64,000 nt of DNA, taken from Psilocybe cubensis (lineage: Eukaryota). Numbering within the stretch: position 1 is the first letter of the stretch; every line of letters starts with the position of its first letter. Location: positions 3,844,001 through 3,908,000 of the forward strand of contig CM038998.1 of assembly GCA_017499595.2 (NCBI GenBank), in the 5' to 3' direction. A program made the position numbers and the translations under genes. The notes under the pieces are model-generated. The model ran no database searches, had not been told where the DNA came from, and was given only the letters and a program-made list of their open reading frames with translations. This document shows, piece after piece, positions 54,219-64,000 of the stretch.

Positions 54219-56406
54219 CTAGCGGTCTAACTCCACGATGTCTCGAATTAATTGCTCTGCTGAAGTGCTACGGGGTTTAATGCTGCATTGAAAAGGAACG
54301 GGATATCTGAAAAGAAGGCAATTATAAAATTGAGTATCTTATATTTCGACTGGCATTATTTTGACGGTGACTTACGAGAGAAAACCACCAGCGAAGTTGG
54401 GCTCAAGCTTTATGGGTTTCCCCAATTTATCAATTGATGGTTCTATATCGTATACCGACAATACAGAAGAGACAATCAAGTACAGTGAGTTGTCACTTAA
54501 ATGCCTTCCTGGACAAATTCTAGTGTTACGGGAATTAGTTCTTTCTGAAATGATATGGGTTATGTTATCTTTGTTACTCACCGACGTCCGTATCCAAATG
54601 CTGCACAGTCGGGACTTCTTACACTGGGATCTAGTTTACCGTTCTTCAAGTACCGATCAGGCTCAAATTTCATCGGCTCAGAAAACACCTCCGGGTCGTG
54701 CAAAATGCTCCTATGTCAGAATTTTATCTCGCGTTACTGCAAGCTGTGGTGTCTGAGATTGACGTACCACCCGTTTGCCAGCACCACCGTGCCCCGTGGA
54801 ATGAAGTATCCATCATATTCGTCATCTTCGGAAGCCATATGACCTATGGCTATGAGGCGGTTAGTATGATTGATGCACCTACTTAGTATGAAGATAATTT
54901 ACACAGTGGTAAGACTTGGTTCCAGCGCATACTTTCTTTAACTACGGCATTGATATATGGCAATGATTTGCGGTCGCCGAAGTCTGGAAGACGATGGGAG
55001 CCAACTACGGCGTCCAGCTCTGCTTGCGCCTTCTTTTGTGCCTCCGGATACATTGCCATAGCTAAAAAGAACGATTGCACTGTCGAGACTGTCTGAAATT
55101 GAAATCACTATATATAATGGGCTCTTGACAATACCTGGTACCTACGGTGTCTGCTCCGCCTGGTACACGATACAAATCAGATTTCAAACGTCGCTATGTA
55201 AAGAAGAATAAATACCAATATATGCCACTGCTGCCGTGTGCTGAGCAATTTTTCTTTCCTCAAAATAGAGAGGATCACTCTTGTCAGGTAGACGGCTAAT
55301 TAGTGATGTTGTCACTGAGGGTACCACTACCCTATCGTTTCTCTGTTCACAAATCTTGCAATTAATGTTTGCCTATTACACCAACAAAGAAATATGCTCT
55401 TACAAGTTCGTTTTCGATATATTCAAAAGGCTTGTTGATAACGTCGTCATTGATCTTGCTCCAGTAAGCAGCCTTCTTTTTGAATCCAGCTCCCGGTAAC
55501 CAGGCAGGGACATAGAGCAAAGCGGGAATCAGGTCAACTAAAAATGTACCTGGGATACCTGCTTCCACAAGGCCCTCGAGAGCCTTTTCTGCATTTGATA
55601 TGTATGGATCGGCGGAGTCTTCGACGGTGATACCATACGCTATGCCCATGATGGTGGAGGAAAACGTGCTATTGGAAAGGGTGAATATCAGCAGTCAGCG
55701 TAATGAACCCAAGTCGTATAAGTTGCTCACTGTCGTATATGATGCATAAAATTGTCCGGAGTTCTTAGAAGTCGGTAAAGAAAGGTCCGAATCTCGCGTT
55801 GTTGGATAGGGTAGTACTTGTGAACAATGTTACGATGGAAATGTTCATTAAATGCCTTTCTGTGCCGCCTCCACCATTGGCCATAAGGAAGAAACGCCAT
55901 ATTGTATACCCAATTCATCCTGTTGACGAGTGTTAGTGGGTCAAAACTCATTCTCAGAAATGAAAGGTTAAGCGTACAGTTCAAGCACCATGGGCATGCG
56001 CATTCTGTCCGAATAGTTTGAGGACCTCTTATCGAGGAGATCGGTCGCGCGCTGTAAAGATCCCAATATCAAAAGCGACTGGCCGAGGACTTCGATATAT
56101 ATCATATCACCTGAAAAGCAATAAGTAATCATTAACGGCGAGATGACAACCGAGGATGCACAACATACCGTATTTTTTGAACCATTGATCGTAAACAATG
56201 TGTGGACTATCCAGTGGATTAGGGACGTCGAAGAGGTTCCCGATCACAGGGTATCCTTTTGGCCCGGGAGGTAGAGGAAGATTCTTGGGGTTGCGTTTGT
56301 GAGATTTGGACCAGGAAGTCTTCACAAGCGCACACCCCAGTACAACAGCAATGAAAGTATACATTTGGTAGGCCATCAATTGCGTAGATACCAGCTCAAA
56401 GGGCAT
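54219..56406 (-). CDS. Cytochrome P450, tandem copy 4
   Basis: [38 protein letters not shown]. Confidence 0.95.
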
Positions 56407-57473
56407 CGTAGATGGAGTGAAATTATAGCTTGTGCCCGGGTTGCATTTTATGGTCGTTTTCTCTCCAGTACTGATCCTCGTATTTCGCATGCAAGTAGCA
56501 AAGAGACTCCGAATTCATTCCGAAAACTCTATTCTCGTGTGCTTTGGGAAACAGTGACGTCTTGAATTAATGCCACAAAAAGCGCCTGGAAAGTTAGGAA
56601 GACCTAGCTGTCCCGCAGCTGTTCAAAATAGACAAGTCAATCTGAATGTATTCAATCGGAGGCTTCGCTGACGATACTCTTGGCGATTTTTTAAGATACC
56701 GGAAGGAACTTAAGCTTGAATGATTCAGAAAGTCTGAATGATACGTTTGACTTTGAGGAAATGCAAATTAAGCGAGAGAGAGAACGTACTTCGTGTGCAG
56801 TGAACACTGCAAAGTCACAAGTTGCCCTGTGTCGCAAATTTTTCAATCTCCGCTTAAAGTGGCTCAACGGCAACCAAGACCAGCGCTTCCTTTTCTTGCA
56901 CTCCGGCAACTATGTGTCCAACTCTCTGTTAATCTCCCGAGTGTTAATTTCTAGCCAATTCATTCCTGTCGTCACTATTCAATAACAGAGTGCTCTGCGG
57001 TTTACGGTACCATAATACAAAATGAATGCCAGCGCCCCAACCATCGCGAACTTCTAGTACAGTAGCAAAAACGCCATCGCGGCCAGTGCCAGATGGCATT
57101 TGTATACTTAGACGATGGCGTTCCAGATCTATAAGTAACATGCAATGCAATGTCATGCTGCCATCTGAATCGAGCCATGTGAGGGAGTGTGCTAGTCCAT
57201 ATATCTGGATGATTTTCGATCAATTAAACTCATCTTGTCTGATGTCATAAAAAGCTGTAGACTCTAATAGCCAAGTTTTGCGACTTTCATCCTGGTGTGC
57301 CAGCTTGCAGGGTTGGTCATGAGTTGAAGGTCATATGAACTGGCTGAACTTGAAGAAGTTAAAAGGAGAATATAGTCTATGAGTTCGTGAATCGTAAGTA
57401 TGTACATGTCTAATCGTAGCGATAAGTGGTGGCGTATATGGTACGTGTAATATAAAATGACGTCGATGTGAAG

Positions 57474-57526
57474 GAGCTGGAGCTGGAGCTGGAGGATGAG
57501 GATGAGAATGAGAATGAGAATGAGAC
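57474..57526. repeat. Compound microsatellite (AGCTGG)3 + (GAATGA)n downstream of NCS1
   Basis: agctggagctggagctggaggatgaggatgagaatgagaatgagaatgag. Confidence 0.8.
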
Positions 57527-57653
57527 TGATAAGGATTAGGGGTGAGCTCCAGCCTTGAAATAAAATTACAAGAGGAATCAATACATCCTCAAAACGAAGC
57601 AATAAATGCATATGGCAGTAAAAAAAAGGGGGGCAAACACTAAAAAACAATGT

Positions 57654-60340
57654 CTAGGCGGCAACAGAGTAAACCGCAACAGGATCTTTGGTCTTCTCGT
57701 CCTCCGCGATCGAGGAACCGTCGTCCGACGAAGTGTTGACTCCTTCGACTGTCTCTCCGGGGAAAACACCTACAAAGCGGTTTAATCACTTTCGGCCGAC
57801 AGAGAATATAAATATAAATGCAAACGCACCATGGATCTCTCCCATACCGAGCCACTTCTTCGCCTCATGGGAGTCCTTGTATTCCTCAGGGACAATAGGA
57901 ACAGGGAAAAGTCGGTTGATGGCGTAGTAAGTAGCACCCGATAGCACAACGCTGATTATCCATCCCTGCAGACGATTCCGAGCCGTGTCAGAGACGCATT
58001 GTCACAGTGAACAAAAGCAGACGAAAATGATACTGACCATATTATAGATACGGTGTGCGCTAGCATCCATCTTCTCAGGGATATATGCCGCAACGAGTCC
58101 CTGAATGCGAATGAATATGAACAAAATGGTCTCGTACAATACATGCAAAGAGCGGTAGTACGCACAGGGAAGATAAGAGCGAACGAGACAAACCAAGCAG
58201 CGAACCCTCTCCAGTTATACCCTTTGGAGTACACGTAGATGCTGCTGGGGCTCTTGTCGAACATGGATCGCACATGGCTATTTCGATCTACTTCAGCACA
58301 GAGAATACTAGATGCCAGAACGAAATGACGCACTAGTTTCCTTTTCTAATGAGGAAGTCACCCCATTGGCAGCCGAGGAGGGCGCCCATCAAGAAAGTGT
58401 AGCTTCCAAGGAAGGTAAGGACTGGCGAAAAGTTAGTACTCGTGAAAGGGTATCCTGGCTTAGAGGTATCTCACAATCTTGAGCGTTGGAGCTAGATTGC
58501 ATTAAGACGTGAGCTTTTTTGGATAACATGCGCGTTAAAAGACGGCTACGTACAGGATTTGCCAGGGGAGAACGGGGAGGGAGACAAGGGTCATGAAGAT
58601 CTGACCTCTTACAATAGCTGGAATTTGGATTGATTAGCAAAAGATCCCCATGTGGCTATCTCTAGGAGAGCTTACTGAAGTAACCTATAGAGAAATCGAT
58701 TGTTAGAAACACTGCTACAACGTCCAAAGATAAGAATGCTTACGAGGGAACAACGCAGCAATATCAGCTCCGAAGGGGACCGAGTTGCAATAAGCATTGG
58801 TAACCATGACCGAGTATGCCACACCAACAGCAATGAAGAAGCTAAAAAGTACCAACAATTAATACCACTCCCAAAAAAAACAACAAAAGCGCTCACCATC
58901 CAAACCGAGTCTTACCATCCCAGTTCTCCTCCAACAAGAGCTGAAGCTGCTGCCAAATCCCCCACTTCGCCTCGCCTCCATATCGCGACTGGAGCGACGC
59001 CGCAGCGATAATACTGAAAAACGCAAACACCGACTTGCTCACGAAGATCGTGACGCCCTGCGGCCACCCAGCGTGCCTCGGCGCCTTCGCATAGCGCGAG
59101 ACATCGGACTGGTTGGTGATCATCGGCGCGACGGTGGCGAGGACCGAGTTGATAGCGCTCATCGACGCCCAGCCCAAAGACGACCCGGAGATGGGGGTCG
59201 GCTGCAGGATCGCAAAGCCTTTGAACCCGTTGGGGTCTGTTTGGCCGAGAACGGTGCACCAGACTGGGTTTCAGGTAGAGATATGTGAGTTCTGGTGGTA
59301 CTTGTTTGATAGGCGGGTGAAGAGGCTTACCGAACATGGTGAAGAAGGCGGCGAATGCGAGAATGACTCGGGCGGTGAAGACCGGGCGGAGGTTGGATGG
59401 GTGGAGCATGGCCAATGGTAACGAAACCGACCATGCCAGGAAGTCTGTCGGGGCATGAGCATGAATTAACAGATGGTAAAGATTTGCGCTCACAGTTCAG
59501 AATGGTTTTAGCATCTGTACCGGCTGAGGCGGGCACTGCTGGTGTCCAGTTGATGTATCGTGAGCCAAAGATGCAAATCCACATAACATTCATCATTTCA
59601 GCGGCGTAGTAGACCTGGATCGCACTATTCTCGGTGGTAAGCAGGAACCCGCCTATGTTTGGATTGGCGTATACTTACTACCAGACCTGGAAAATATTAT
59701 ATGATCAGAAACACGAAGACAGGGGAGAAGGCAATCAAACTCACAATGCCAATTAATCCACGAAGTACGACAAACCATTTGGAGCCTTTCGATCCGAAAG
59801 TAGGGCTAGGAAAAGTTGGTTTAAAACACGACTTATGGTCGGATGCAGAAACAGAACTCACCGAATCATTACAGGGAAGCCGACATGGTAATATGCGCCG
59901 AACGTAGCGTTAAGGCTGGCGGTATCGTCAGGTTTGAACACTTGATTTCGATAATTAAATAAATCTTACACAGCTGCCAGTCCGGTTAAAAAGCAACCAA
60001 TCAAGACTGGGGCAATCGTTTGGTTTACGGTAAGACCGATGCTGACGAAGGAGGCTGCCAAAGAAAAGAAAAAGTTATATATAGGTTTTGCTGGAGATAA
60101 CGAGCGAACGTACATCCCACACTCCACTGAAAGAGAGAGTCAGGGTTTGGTCGCTGCTACATTCCCAAGATAAAGACGTACCCAGCTGGCATCCAATGCC
60201 TGACCAGCCCATAGAGAGCTGTAGTTGTACCATGTCCAGTTTCGGGCCTCGGGAGGTGAAGGCAAGAGATCTTCGTTGGCGTCTTGCGAGGAGTTCCCAA
60301 CAGCAATCTTGGACGTGACTCGCTGGAATAGACCGGTCAT
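57654..60340 (-). CDS. NCS1 family nucleobase/allantoin permease (Fur4/Dal4-like), many introns
   Basis: NEDLLPSPPEARNWTWYNY, NQSDVSRYAK, FGADIAALFPRYFTIVRGQ, GYNWRGFAAW. Confidence 0.9.
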
Positions 60341-61459
60341 TGTGTATGAGACGTTGGAAGACTCGAACGAAACGTGAAGGACAGGACGACGTACCAACCC
60401 ACCTCAGCGACTCGAGTTATAAACAAACTCGAAGAAGCACAATCGGCCCCCGTCTATGATTTCAAGATAGATTGTTGGATTGTGAATGTACTATCTGTCT
60501 ATCGGCTGAGCGCTCCGTCTATCCAGACTGACTTGTGTATTTTGGATATCCACAGATTAAAGAAAGGAATGGAGCCGATAGGGGAGATATCCCGTCTGGT
60601 GATTCCCCGAAAAGGAATGTGTGAGCCGGAAACCATTTCCGTCGAGCAGAAACTTATCAGGTGGATTGATAAGGGATGAAAACAGTTGAGTAGGTGTGGG
60701 ATTCTGTGAGACTTTCCTGGAGGGATAAAACCATTTGGCAAAAAGTGGACGCGATTTGTGTGGTGGTTCGATAAACATGCCATTTTGGGCAGACAGTAAG
60801 AGAATAGGGTTTGAAGGACTTGAGATAAATAACTATACTTCATAAGTCCGTTCAGTATGTAACACCGAGTCGCCGAAAGAAGACAGAAAGGTTTCTCCGA
60901 ACACAGAAGAAGAGAAAGACCGATTACAAGCGTCATTTCGCCTCGCCACGCAGGATAAGAAGAGGTTATGGGTGAGACGGCGTATCAAGAATTCTAACCA
61001 CCAACTTGAATCTCGTTGAAAGGTGAGCACTGGTCCACCGAAGACTCAGGAGTGGTAAACGAGTGATAGCGATAGAGTGTCTCCTGTTGTGAGATTCGGA
61101 TAATGGCCGCTGATTTCAGATTGGAAAAGAAGCCGCTGGTTTAGCGCTGAGACGTACCTACACCATCCGGTGTTCTAGATGTGGGGTGATCAGAAGCGAT
61201 TAGCATAAACGGTTGATTAACGCTATCCAAAACTCTGGTGCTATGCTCCTTTCAAGGCTCCCTATTTTGTCCCTGGTGCCTTTGAGATAGAGTATCGGGG
61301 ACAGCTATGACGTCGAGTTATCGTGGTGGTCGAGAGCAAGGAATTTTCAATGAGCACACACGTAGCACGTGAATTGTACACGTTCATACGCGCAAATAAA
61401 CTGAAAAGTAATGTGGGATAGGACTGTCAGGAAATATCACCCCCCCTCTCGTGTAGTTG

Positions 61460-62420
61460 GATTATCGTCCGTCGATGCGTTGGCAAACAGTTCCCGGTGG
61501 TGTTCGTTCGTTCGAGCCCCGCACAGAGCACATGCCTTCCTGCTCGTGCGTCCCGGCTAAGCGTTGAGGGGGCAGTACAAACGCATCTTGGGTGCATGTA
61601 TCGTCTAGCACTCTAGACGGGGGTGGCGCAACCATACAATCTCTGAGTGGTTGCGACTGCAAGCGCCCGCGGGGCATTGCAACCTCGTCACCGAGGACGC
61701 GTTACTTCTAGCGCGTTAGCACCTTTGCTTGGAGACAAGACGGTGCGCGTAATATCCCATTGTGGGGATTACGGTGTATTCACGTTGATGCACAATTTCA
61801 TCCTCATCTAGGATGCAACGACAAAAACAGCTCACTCGCAGTAAGCTGTTCAGGAGACCACACGCTGTCCGTCTGCCTGTTTTTGCATCCCAGGTTTTGT
61901 TTTATGGCATATCGTCCAGTAATTTATTTCTTCTATTGAGCTCAATGTTCCGTAGACCCTCACAACTATCCATTTCCCGGAACAAGACGACAGAACTTAC
62001 CCCGCATAGTAGCCTTGCCTCTTCAAATCAGACCCACGATGAAAGAAAGAACTCGTCATCGAGGTGCATGGTGGGAATGTTTGTGACAAGCCCGAAGCCG
62101 AAGAAACGCCTGATGGGTTTGGCTGGCCTTTGAAAAGAAACAGAGGATAAATAATCATGGTAGAGCGTTCTTTCGTCCTGAGAGCCTGGACAATAAAAGA
62201 TGAGGTACGAAATGAAGAGGGCACTGGCTGAGTTGGGAGTAGAATGGAGTCCGTCGGGTTAGGTTTAGTTGCTGATTGTTCTGTCAAGCGTGACGTGACC
62301 AGTAACAATGGCACGCGGAACCGACTTGTAGCGGAGTCGGAAAGTGTTGAGTGCATCGCTGGTTGTCCTCGAACCACCACGCACTTGCTCATCGTCGTCC
62401 GCAGGACACTCATCCCCCCT
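61460..62420 (-). ncRNA. Candidate structured non-coding RNA, possibly telomerase RNA (boundaries and strand tentative)
   Basis: More than a dozen stems found by eye; telomere-complementary AACCUAACCC (62256-62265, minus) lies 9 nt 3' of a hairpin. Confidence 0.45.
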
Positions 62421-62722
62421 TCTTATCCCGTCTTCCGTGGTCTAGCGACACTTTTAGACGTTAGCCAGCTCACACAGGCCGCGACAGCCGCCTTCCCCCC
62501 TCTGTTAGGTCTTTTTCAAGATCTTTTCATCTTACTTTGGTCTCCTACCCCCACCCCTCAAAAAGCTTACGAAAAGCGTTCAAGTCTCTCCAGGAACACC
62601 CAAAATCACACCCATCGACTTTAATATCCATTTCGAACTCTTTTTCTTCTTCATTTATAACCTTTTCTTTTGTCATTTTTATTCCCCCTACCCCCCAACT
62701 CCACCTTCGTATTTAACCAAAC

Positions 62723-64000
62723 ATGCTTGGCCATCAGTTCGCCTACTCCGCGGCTCCCATTCGCAAAGTGAAGGAGGTTCAGTTTGGTATTCTTTCTCCG
62801 GAGGAGATTGTGAGTCTTTTCAACCCTTTTTCTTCGTCGCTTTCAATGCTGTGCTGACAAACACCCCCTTCTGACTCACAGAAAGCCATCTCCGTCGCCA
62901 AGATCGAACATCCAGAAGTCATGGACGAGGCCACTCATAAACCCAAGATTGGCGGACTGATGGACCCCCGTATGGGTACCATCGATAGGAATTTCAAGTG
63001 TCAGACGTGCGGAGAGGGTATGTCAGAGTGTCCTGGTCATTTTGGGCATATTGAGCTGGCAAGGCCAGTCTTTCATCCTGGTACGTCCTGGCCTAGCATC
63101 GCCGCAGACGCCGTGTGTTCCTACGATGCTTTTTCCATACAGGTTTCATCGTGAAAGTGAAGAAGATTTTGGAGAGTATATGTGTAAATTGTGGAAAGCT
63201 CAAAGCCGACATCGTGAGTCGCGTCGTTTTATTTGCTCTACTCGTTTCGCACCCCACCATCCAAATTTTCTGGGGGCTCTCTCCACATCCCATGGGGAAC
63301 CCCAAACCCGCACCACGTCAGTCTCTCGACAATCGAGGGCGTTCTTCCACCCGTGGTAGGGGATCGTAATGGCGCGCGTTTTTTCGGTCGCTTGACCGCC
63401 GCGTCGATCCCATTGCACCTGCCACGGGCACCGGTTGGACACGAGGTTGCGTGGTGAAATGGGGGGCTGAACGAGGAGTGCGGAAAAAAATCAAACACAG
63501 TGCCCATCGATCCGTAAAAGCGGGACGTGGGACTGTGGAGGATGGAATATTGGCCAACCACACTCGGCTGTGACGCAGCTGGAGATGTGAGTCTCAGGGC
63601 CCTGCACTTCGTATCTCGACCTATTTTGCCCCCTGTGTTGTCCGTTATTTTATGTTGCTCTTCATATCTTGTTCCGTATTTCTTTGCTGTAGACACGACA
63701 TACTGACGGTTTTACTTGACATATTCTCCTTTTTCTAAAAAAAAAAATCCACCGTCGCCGGAAATCATTGTCCCTCTTGAATTGACCTGACCACTAACCT
63801 GTGTTCACGTTTTAAGTCGGACCCCAATTTTGCGGAGAAGATTCGCCACATCCGTGATCCCAAGGCGCGCATGGCAGTTGTCTGGTCGCACTGCAAAACG
63901 AAGAATATCTGTGAGCCTGATGACCCCAAAGAAGAGGGCGCAGATCCAGAGGCTGAAGAAGGGAGGAAGCATGGCGGTTGCGGCCATGCGCAGCCTCAAA
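62723..64000 (+). CDS. RPB1: RNA polymerase II largest subunit, 5' part (exons 62723-62809, 62882-63080, 63143-63213, 63817-end)
   Basis: [57 protein letters not shown] (region A), HGGCGHAQP. Confidence 0.99.

Noticed and set aside
41644-56406. Ergot alkaloid or psilocybin pathway interpretation
   Set aside because: No DMATS, decarboxylase, methyltransferase or pathway kinase genes in the window; EasG-like and P450 families are widespread.
61485-61497. AACAGTTCCCGG resembling RNase MRP/P conserved region I
   Set aside because: No matching CR-V partner found downstream to form P4.

Overview
Intron-rich fungal genomic DNA (short GT-AG introns; gene content and RPB1 structure fit an Agaricomycete/Agaricales mushroom, species not determinable). 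Left part: 3' end of a TRANK1-like UvrD/TPR helicase, MSH4, VPS72/YL1, an MFS transporter, a MYND protein with an internal stop, VPS35, an unannotated CaaX pheromone precursor, a pseudokinase, an intron-containing tRNA-Gln(CTG), GET2, a mitochondrial ribosomal protein and a small secreted protein. Middle: a NACHT-WD40 fungal NLR with 15 CpG-depleted WD repeats and a premature stop, an intronless membrane protein, a PuuE-like deacetylase/allantoinase, an EasG/NmrA-like reductase, four tandem cytochrome P450 paralogs with a decayed NCS1 fragment among them, and an NCS1 permease. Right end: 5' part of RPB1. The most notable unexplained signal is about 1 kb of densely hairpin-forming non-coding DNA upstream of and divergent from RPB1 (~61460-62420). 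It carries a telomere-complementary motif (AACCUAACCC on the minus strand) beside a boundary-like hairpin and is a candidate telomerase RNA. This is an inference from hand folding only. CDS coordinates are gene spans including introns, read by eye.
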